From assembly GCA_050177605.1 (NCBI GenBank), contig JBFXGX010000036.1, positions 1 to 14,539 on the forward strand: DNA of 14,539 nucleotides. The letters are read 5' to 3'. A model generated the notes under the pieces. That model was not told the DNA's origin. It ran no database searches and saw only the letters and a program-made list of their open reading frames with translations. A program made the position numbers and the translations under genes. Source of the stretch: Candidatus Izemoplasmatales bacterium (GTDB lineage: Bacteria; Bacillota_I; Bacilli_A; Izemoplasmatales; Hujiaoplasmataceae). Below, one piece after another: positions 8,779 through 14,539 of this stretch; the first letter of the stretch is position 1, and every line of letters begins with the position of its first letter.

Positions 8779-9321
8779 TTATAAATGAACTTTTCGTTTC
8801 CGATTGATAAGAACTCCTAGTGCTAATAGAAAAGTCATCACAGGTGTAACTGACGAAACATAAGTAATTAACGTTGGGTCAATTGAAGCTTGAGACATAA
8901 TATTCGTCACAATCGCATCTGATGAACAAATTGTCAAAGTATCAACATTTGCGACAGTTACATATAAGTGAAATGTATCAGGATAAACAAGAATGATTGG
9001 TAAATCAACAGTCATAGATGAGTTCGCTACAAGACGATCAATAACTACTGGAACAGATGCGTTATAATCTTCTAGATTAACAGTCATATTTTTTGTTAAA
9101 TCAACCATCGTAATGTAAACAACTAAATTTGTAAGGTCTGTCGACGTATTATTCGTTACTTTTGCCTGAATGGTCGTTTCATAACCTGGATAACTAGTAA
9201 CCGCACTTGGAGATAGTATTTCTACAGATACATAACTATCGGCCTTAACTTTCATAGAAATTTGTGGAATCATCGATAAAATAGATAACGTCAATAAAAT
9301 GACAAACAGTGCTTTTTTCAT
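8779..9321 (-). CDS. Secreted, C-terminally anchored accessory protein of the ABC-2 operon (probable Ig-like beta-sandwich)
   Basis: The start was reassigned to ATG 9321 (MKKALF..., RBS GAGGAGG). It has a signal peptide ending 'VKA-D', a Thr/Val-rich beta-type region ('TIQAKVTNNTSTDLTNLVVYI'), and a C-terminal TM followed by the basic tail RKRK. The fold is inferred. Confidence 0.75.
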   Translation of the reverse strand: MKKALFVILLTLSILSMIPQISMKVKADSYVSVEILSPSAVTSYPGYETTIQAKVTNNTSTDLTNLVVYITMVDLTKNMTVNLEDYNASVPVVIDRLVANSSMTVDLPIILVYPDTFHLYVTVANVDTLTICSSDAIVTNIMSQASIDPTLITYVSSVTPVMTFLLALGVLINRKRKVHL

Positions 9322-9322
9322 C

Positions 9323-10078
9323 CTATCGTCCCTCCTCAAAAGATAATTTTGAAATCGAGTAGAAGAATCCTACAGTGACGATTGCCAGTAATAATAACAT
9401 CGGAAGAATGTAAATCCATAATCCAGATAGTGCAATGTGTCGAATAAGTACATCTTTTGATAACGAGATGAGGTTAGATAATGGACTAACTGTATCAATG
9501 ACCTTTCCAATTCCGGTCGCTTTCATTGTCGTAGATAAGAATAAAGGAATTGCGGATAGTAATAAGAATAGAATTGACAAAATAATTCCGTTTTTAGAAC
9601 TAGTGACAAGAATGGAAATAGACAAAGATAGGATTGAAAATAAAGATACAATCAGTGTGCCTAGCACAAATATAACTAGTAAAGTTGTCCAAATGAGTCC
9701 GGAGCCATAACCAAGTGCAACGATATATGGAATTGTAATGAGAAAGATCACAAACCATATCAATAGAGAATTAACAAACTTACTCAAGATAATTGTTTTC
9801 TTTGAGGTAGGTGTGAGCATGATACTTTCTAAAGTTGCCTGTTCTCTTTCAACAGATAAGCTTATGGATGAGAGTAAAATTGTTATTAGTAACGCTATTC
9901 CAACAATTATTTTTACCATTGTGACGAGAATTTCACTTTGGGCCATTAATCCCAGTTCTTTCACGGAAATAAAGCTTAGTGACATTCCACTAAGTATTAG
10001 CGTGATTCCAAACATCCAAAATAATGCTTTCATCGAAAAAATGCTTTCGCGCCATTCTTTTTTTACTAAATTAAACAT
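9323..10078 (-). CDS. ABC-2 type transporter permease
   Basis: N-terminal 'LVKKEWRE', the motif 'SLSVEREQATLESIMLTPTSKKTIILSKF', about 6 TM helices, RBS GGAGG, and an overlap with the ATPase stop. Confidence 0.9.
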   Translation of the reverse strand: MFNLVKKEWRESIFSMKALFWMFGITLILSGMSLSFISVKELGLMAQSEILVTMVKIIVGIALLITILLSSISLSVEREQATLESIMLTPTSKKTIILSKFVNSLLIWFVIFLITIPYIVALGYGSGLIWTTLLVIFVLGTLIVSLFSILSLSISILVTSSKNGIILSILFLLLSAIPLFLSTTMKATGIGKVIDTVSPLSNLISLSKDVLIRHIALSGLWIYILPMLLLLAIVTVGFFYSISKLSFEEGR

Positions 10079-11021
10079 TGATATTTCCTCCTAATTCATC
10101 GATGACCTTCATAAAGATTTCTTCTACACTCATTTCTTCATGAGCTACTTCATAGATATCGATTTTTTCTAGAAACAGAGTTTCAATTAATTTTTTCTTA
10201 TATTGATTCAAATCAACAGATTTTTGAATATATACTTTTAACTCATTCTCATAGTCCATAATTTTGTCAGTTTGAATCAGTTTTTCGATCCTTTGTTTTG
10301 CGAGAGAATTGTCAGAAGTTCTTACTTTGATAATATTAAACGGAGAGTATTTTGTTTGAAGATTCCTTATCTCATCGGACTCTAATAATACGCCATGATG
10401 AATAATCGCTATTTTATTGCAGAGAACTTCAATATCTTTTAATAAATGTGATGTGATAAAGACTGTCACCTTATCTTTTTTGCTGAGTTCTAGAATCACT
10501 TCGTGAATCTCTTTTTGTCCAGCCGGATCTAAACCTAGAGTAGGTTCATCAAGAAAGATTATTTTCGGTTGATGAATTAATGTTTTTGCTAGTCCGAGTC
10601 TTTGTTTCATTCCTCTAGAAAACTCTTTGATTAAAGAATCTTTGCGTTCATATAACCTGACTTTCTTTAATAAGTCTAAAATAACTTGTTCCATATTCAA
10701 TGTATCTTTTGCATATAATCGGTAGAAAAACTCTAGATATTCATAGGGTGTCATCCAAGGATAATACCCATGTGACTCGGGAAGGACGCCAATCATCGAT
10801 TTGATTTCTTCCCGGTGCTTATCGTAATCAAGTCCGTTGATGGTAATAGAACCAGTCGTCGGTTCAAGCAAGCCAGTTAACATTCTGATTGTTGTAGTTT
10901 TCCCTGCACCATTTAGTCCAAGGAAACCAAAAACATCTCCTTCATTCACCTCTAGGTTACAGTTTGAAACAGCTAATAATCCGCTTAGATATGCTTTTGA
11001 TAAATTTATTGTTTTAATCAT
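10071..11021 (-). CDS. ABC-2 type transporter ATP-binding protein
   Basis: Walker A GLNGAGKTT, signature FSRGMKQ, Walker B IIFLDEPT, and H-loop ITSH. The start was reassigned to ATG 11021 because the GTG at 11030 lies within the SD AAGGAGTG. Confidence 0.93.
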   Translation of the reverse strand: MIKTINLSKAYLSGLLAVSNCNLEVNEGDVFGFLGLNGAGKTTTIRMLTGLLEPTTGSITINGLDYDKHREEIKSMIGVLPESHGYYPWMTPYEYLEFFYRLYAKDTLNMEQVILDLLKKVRLYERKDSLIKEFSRGMKQRLGLAKTLIHQPKIIFLDEPTLGLDPAGQKEIHEVILELSKKDKVTVFITSHLLKDIEVLCNKIAIIHHGVLLESDEIRNLQTKYSPFNIIKVRTSDNSLAKQRIEKLIQTDKIMDYENELKVYIQKSVDLNQYKKKLIETLFLEKIDIYEVAHEEMSVEEIFMKVIDELGGNINV

Positions 11022-11044
11022 TTTTATCACTCCTTATGCAAACT

Positions 11045-11088
11045 ATTTTATATTTTGAATATGAGAATAGTCTTAGAGAAAAATGAGA
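11045..11088 (-). promoter_or_regulatory. ABC-2 operon promoter with three tandem response-regulator-type boxes
   Basis: Minus strand TCTCAT(11088-11083)-N5-TCTAAG(11077-11072)-N5-TCTCAT(11066-11061)-N10-TAAAAT(11050-11045). Confidence 0.65.
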
Positions 11089-11109
11089 TTACATGGAAGA
11101 TATATAGAA

Positions 11110-11139
11110 AAAAAGTTCATACTGGAGTACGAACTTTTT
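11110..11139 (-). terminator. Intrinsic terminator after the PepSY gene
   Basis: Minus strand AAAAAGTTCGTAC-TCCA-GTATGAACTTTTT (one G-U pair), 10 nt after the stop. Confidence 0.85.
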
Positions 11140-11149
11140 ATTCTGTCAA

Positions 11150-11509
11150 TTATTCATTTTCTGTGTCTTCATTAACTTGATAAAGATCCATCGATAAGAC
11201 TGTTCCATTATCAGCATTTACCTTGACCTCATAACTTAATCCATTCAGAGTGATTTGAACTGTATAAACAACTTGTTCATCTTCTAGATCAATTTGAACA
11301 TCGCCCATAGTCGCGCTTGGAAACATATCCGATACGACTTGTTTTGCTTGATCAGATGTATAAGCTAAGTTAGTAGTGTCTATCGATTCTTGTTCATCAT
11401 TTTCATGGAATAGATTCGTGTTTTCAGCTAATACTGCAGTGACACCGCCAATAAGCCCTAGGGATAAAACTGTAATGGCTGAAATAATTAATAACTTTTT
11501 CTTTTTCAT
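11150..11509 (-). CDS. Secreted PepSY-domain protein
   Basis: RBS AAGGAGGT, signal peptide (MKKKK...AVLA), and the PepSY pattern 'TSDQAKQVV...VQIDLEDEQVVYTVQI...YEVKVNADNGTVL'. Confidence 0.85.
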   Translation of the reverse strand: MKKKKLLIISAITVLSLGLIGGVTAVLAENTNLFHENDEQESIDTTNLAYTSDQAKQVVSDMFPSATMGDVQIDLEDEQVVYTVQITLNGLSYEVKVNADNGTVLSMDLYQVNEDTENE

Positions 11510-11532
11510 ATTTTATACCTCCTTATACCTAT

Positions 11533-11565
11533 AATATAAAGAGGAATAATGAGAATGTTCTAAGA
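11533..11565 (-). promoter_or_regulatory. PepSY promoter with tandem response-regulator-type boxes
   Basis: Minus strand TCTTAG(11565-11560)-N5-TCTCAT(11554-11549)-N10-TATATT(11538-11533). Confidence 0.6.
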
Positions 11566-11594
11566 ATTTGTGTATAATATGATGAAATCGTATG

Positions 11595-12944
11595 TTAATC
11601 AATAAAATGGATGGTGAATGTTGTTCCTTCACCGAAAGAACTTTGTACTTCAATTGATCCTCCATGTCTATCGACAATCCATTTCACGATAGATAGACCA
11701 AGTCCCGTACCACCAATTTTCTTTGATCTTGCTTTATCTACCCGATAGAATCGTTCAAATATATGGGGAATATCTGTGTCTGGTATTCCTACACCATGAT
11801 CCTCTATCTTTATAGTTATATTTGGAGTTATCTCTGCGGATACGATGATTGGAAGGTGATTTTTGTTGTACTTAATCGCATTATCGATAATTGATCGAAT
11901 CATTTGCGATATTAGTTTTTTGTCCGCGTTCATCACTACATCAGTGTCTGTAACTAATTGGACACTCTCTTCAGGATAAAGCATTGTGTATTCTTTTACA
12001 ATTTGTGAAAGTAACTCAGTTAATGAAAATGGTTGTTTATCAATTGGCACAAGTTCATTGTCTGATTTTGACATCAAATAGAGCGTGTCTAACAAGGTTG
12101 TCATATTTTTAAGTTCATGCTTGATAGAATTGATTGCTTCTGAATAGATGGCAGGGTCTTTCTTTCCCCAACGGTCAATGAGGTTAATGTATCCATTGAT
12201 AATTGCTAGTGGGGTAGACAATTCGTGAGAAGCATTCAGTGCAAATTCGTTCTGCAGTTGATAGGTTTGTGCAATCCTTGATAATAAATCATTAAAGGTG
12301 TTTGCTAGACGACTTAATTCGTCATCGGGACCATTTATTTCTATTCTTTTACTCAAATTAGATGAAGAAATTTGATTTACTTGCTTTGTCATACTATCAA
12401 TAGGTGACAGTGCTTTTTTGCTAATAATATATCCTACGAGTATCGAAATCATAATAATAAATACATCGACGATTAACATCCTCGAGAATAAGGCGTTAAA
12501 ATAATCAATTTGGTTATCTGTGTTCTTTACAACTTGTAGATTTAATATACCCAAATCCGTAATTGATATATTATAAGTTGTATACATATAGGTGTTTTCG
12601 CCATCTTCATAATAACTTAAGGAATTATGATTGAGGGGTAAAACAGCGTTGATATTATCGGTTTGGACATAGATAGTATCGTCTAGAAATATGATAACGC
12701 CAACGTTATCATAAATATTTGTTAATTCTTGAAAATCGTAAGTATTTAAATCATTGGAAGATTGAATATTTTCAACAATCGTATCTTGAATATTTAATAA
12801 TTGTTGCTGGGTGGTTTGCTTCATATAAAGTTGAATACTAAATAAAATGACGACATTCATTAATGCTACTGTAAGAAAAAAGAGTAGACCATATGAGAAA
12901 CTTAATCTTGTGGATATTTTAGAGGATTTTGTTTTTTTAATCAT
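11595..12944 (-). CDS. HAMP-domain sensor histidine kinase, ArlS-like
   Basis: Two TM helices flank a sensor domain, followed by HAMP (SPIDSMT...DDELSRLANTFN), H-box ASHELSTPL, an ArlS-like 'LIDRWGKKDP', N-box DNAIKY, G1 DHGVGI, F-box IFERFYR and G2 GGTGLGL. The probable start is ATG 12944, overlapping the regulator stop by 8 nt. Confidence 0.92.
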   Translation of the reverse strand: MIKKTKSSKISTRLSFSYGLLFFLTVALMNVVILFSIQLYMKQTTQQQLLNIQDTIVENIQSSNDLNTYDFQELTNIYDNVGVIIFLDDTIYVQTDNINAVLPLNHNSLSYYEDGENTYMYTTYNISITDLGILNLQVVKNTDNQIDYFNALFSRMLIVDVFIIMISILVGYIISKKALSPIDSMTKQVNQISSSNLSKRIEINGPDDELSRLANTFNDLLSRIAQTYQLQNEFALNASHELSTPLAIINGYINLIDRWGKKDPAIYSEAINSIKHELKNMTTLLDTLYLMSKSDNELVPIDKQPFSLTELLSQIVKEYTMLYPEESVQLVTDTDVVMNADKKLISQMIRSIIDNAIKYNKNHLPIIVSAEITPNITIKIEDHGVGIPDTDIPHIFERFYRVDKARSKKIGGTGLGLSIVKWIVDRHGGSIEVQSSFGEGTTFTIHFID

Positions 12945-13614
12945 ATGTTGTAAATCCAACTCCGCGAATTGTTTTAATAATATCGATATGGTATTTGTAA
13001 TCAATTTTATTTCTTAAATAGCGAATGTATACATCAATAATATTGGTGTCACCATAAAAATCAAAACCCCATACATGGTCTAGTATTTGTTGCCTAGAAA
13101 GAACGATTCCTTTATTTGTTATGATATAATGAAGCAATGTATATTCAGTTTTTGTGAGTTCTATTAAGTCTTCATTTACATAACATTTTCTAGATAAGAC
13201 ATTGATAGTTAATGATTTATGTTTAATCGTCTGGTCGTCATTTTTACGAATACTACCTTTCCTTATATTCGCACGTATTCTTGCCAGTAGTTCATCCATC
13301 TCAAATGGTTTTGTAATATAATCATCTGCTCCAATATCGAGTCCAACGATTTTATCTGTTAAGTCTCTTCGAGCAGTAAGCATGATGATTGGTACATTCG
13401 ATGTTTTCCGAATCTTTCTACATACTTCCATCCCATTTACTTCCGGAAGCATTAAGTCTAGTAAAATTATCGAAAATTCATGTTTTTGAAATAATTCTAA
13501 AGCTTCTTTGCCCGAATAAGTTAAGCAAACGGTATATCCTTCGTGTTTTAGTTCTAAGTCTAGTATTCTTGATATTGATTGATCATCTTCGATAACTAAG
13601 ACATCATATTTCAT
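12937..13614 (-). CDS. OmpR/PhoB-family response regulator, ArlR-like
   Basis: Receiver motifs IEDD, LLDLMLP, MLTA and GADDYITKPF, and a winged helix 'NIIDVYIRYLRNKID...IKTIRGVGF'. The probable start is ATG 13614 (SD GGAG upstream). Confidence 0.95.
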   Translation of the reverse strand: MKYDVLVIEDDQSISRILDLELKHEGYTVCLTYSGKEALELFQKHEFSIILLDLMLPEVNGMEVCRKIRKTSNVPIIMLTARRDLTDKIVGLDIGADDYITKPFEMDELLARIRANIRKGSIRKNDDQTIKHKSLTINVLSRKCYVNEDLIELTKTEYTLLHYIITNKGIVLSRQQILDHVWGFDFYGDTNIIDVYIRYLRNKIDYKYHIDIIKTIRGVGFTTYD

Positions 13615-13637
13615 TAATATCATCTCCAATCGTGTTA

Positions 13638-13681
13638 ATTATATTAGATAATAATGAAGATTTCGTTAAGCTAATATGAGA
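13638..13681 (-). promoter_or_regulatory. Two-component operon promoter with tandem boxes (possible autoregulation)
   Basis: Minus strand TCTCAT(13681-13676)-N5-CTTAAC(13670-13665)-N5-CTTCAT(13659-13654)-N10-TATAAT(13643-13638). Confidence 0.65.
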
Positions 13682-13763
13682 ATTTTCTCATTTCTACATA
13701 AATCCATTGTAGATTATCGTCTTTTGAATTACAAGTAAGATGAAAAAAACACAATTTTTAGTT

Positions 13764-13796
13764 TTTAATGTTTTTTTAATAATTCTAATTTATAAT
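13764..13796 (+). promoter_or_regulatory. Promoter of the NOX/ferric-reductase-like gene with tandem boxes
   Basis: Plus strand TTTAAT(13764-13769)-N5-TTTAAT(13775-13780)-N10-TATAAT(13791-13796), followed by RBS AAGGAG. Confidence 0.55.
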
Positions 13797-13817
13797 ACAT
13801 TACAAGGAGTTGAAAAT

Positions 13818-14539
13818 ATGACATTTATAAAGAAAAATATTAAAGCAATTATCTTCATCATCGTATTATTAAGTATTAACACATACCTATGGGTTAGTGC
13901 CATTCAAAGCGCGTTCCTTAACTCAGGAGCATTGTGGACTTCTTTAAGTGGATCCACCATTGTATTAGGGTACTCTCTCGTTTTCCTATTATCAACCAGA
14001 AATAAATTGATTGTCAAATTATTTGGTGGATTAGAAGAAGTGTACTTTTGGCATCGCACATTATCGATTTTATCGACTGCATTAATTTTCTTGCATGGAT
14101 TTGTTTCGATTAGAAATCTTGTCTCTTATCAAACAACGTTCTTTTTACTAGGTAGCGCTGCTGGAGCAGGAGAACTGGCTAGAAACATGTTCATCTTCTT
14201 CATTGCTGTTGCATTATTAGCAAAGTTCATTAAGTATGAGCATTTCAGATTTATTCACCGCATTTTAGTTATTCCATTTATCTTTGCCCTTTACCACAGT
14301 TTCTTCTCATCTTGGGTCAATTTGTTCTCATTTAGTACAATTTCAATATGGATGTTATTTGTTGCATCCGTAGGACTTGTCTCAGCGGTATATATGCTTT
14401 TAATCTATCAATTTAGTGCATTTAAATATCAAGGGATCGTTGAAGAAAAGAAAAGTCTTAATGAATCTACATTTGAATTAACTGTGAAGTTAAGTAAAGA
14501 TTATCGTTTCAAACCTGGACAATTTGCATTTATCAAAAT
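13818..14539 (+). CDS. Ferric-reductase-like transmembrane flavocytochrome (bacterial NOX / SpNOX-like), 3'-truncated
   Basis: Not in the ORF track because there is no stop in the window. Manual translation gives 240 open codons after RBS AAGGAG, including 'LLSTR...FGGLEEVYFWHR', His pairs H79/H93 and H147/H160, 'KYEHFRFIHR', and the start of the FAD-binding domain 'FKPGQFAFI'. Confidence 0.88.
   Translation, partial: MTFIKKNIKAIIFIIVLLSINTYLWVSAIQSAFLNSGALWTSLSGSTIVLGYSLVFLLSTRNKLIVKLFGGLEEVYFWHRTLSILSTALIFLHGFVSIRNLVSYQTTFFLLGSAAGAGELARNMFIFFIAVALLAKFIKYEHFRFIHRILVIPFIFALYHSFFSSWVNLFSFSTISIWMLFVASVGLVSAVYMLLIYQFSAFKYQGIVEEKKSLNESTFELTVKLSKDYRFKPGQFAFIK

Noticed and set aside
9435..11058. 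Plus-strand ORFs 9435..9710, 9738..10094 and 10837..11058
   Set aside because: Antisense shadows of the ABC-2 permease and ATPase.
11513..11530. Direct repeat TTATACCT x2 upstream of the PepSY gene
   Set aside because: One copy overlaps the SD sequence. It is too short and was not seen at the other promoters.
12945..13004. N-terminal extension of the kinase in the ORF track (similar extensions to 13629, 11030, 9339 and 6563 for other genes)
   Set aside because: Downstream ATGs with better SD spacing or stop/start coupling are more plausible. The extensions overlap upstream genes or SD sequences.
13389..13595. 68-aa plus-strand ORF
   Set aside because: Antisense to the conserved receiver domain of the response regulator.
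13689..13714. ATTTCTAC...GTAGAT hairpin resembling a Cas12a direct-repeat stem
   Set aside because: Single copy with too long a loop, no spacers and no cas genes, so probably a chance 6-bp inverted repeat (TCTACA-N9-TGTAGA). The spacing also does not fit a CopY/BlaI TACA-N2-TGTA box.
1..14539. Mycoplasma-type genetic code 4 (TGA = Trp)
   Set aside because: TGA ends genes at natural family boundaries (1235-1237 and 3457-3455), and the long genes read through intact under code 11.
1..14539. Mobile element, prophage, CRISPR array or RNA gene
   Set aside because: No transposase, integrase, terminal repeats, repeat-spacer arrays or tRNA/rRNA-like sequence was recognised. The intergenic gaps are short and explained by promoters and terminators.

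Overview
AT-rich bacterial chromosomal window read with genetic code 11 (TGA is used as a stop). The gene content is Bacillota-like, possibly Acholeplasma/Izemoplasma-type, but the taxonomy is only an inference. From left to right it holds: (i) a + strand operon with a 5'-truncated Tyr-rich protein, a DUF2975-like membrane protein, a YozG-like HTH regulator and a membrane-anchored Tyr-rich protein; (ii) a - strand operon of a YczE-family protein and two unknown membrane proteins; (iii) a YheI/YheH (BmrC/BmrD)-like heterodimeric ABC exporter with a possible leader-peptide attenuator; (iv) a small membrane protein; (v) a module of an OmpR/ArlRS-like two-component system, an acidic PepSY protein, an ABC-2 ATPase/permease with a surface-anchored accessory protein, and a divergent, 3'-truncated NOX/ferric-reductase-like flavocytochrome that the ORF track misses. 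The strongest unannotated signal is that all four promoters of module (v) share the geometry hexamer-N5-hexamer-N10-(-10 box), which suggests a self-contained regulon. No RNA genes, CRISPR arrays or mobile elements were recognised.
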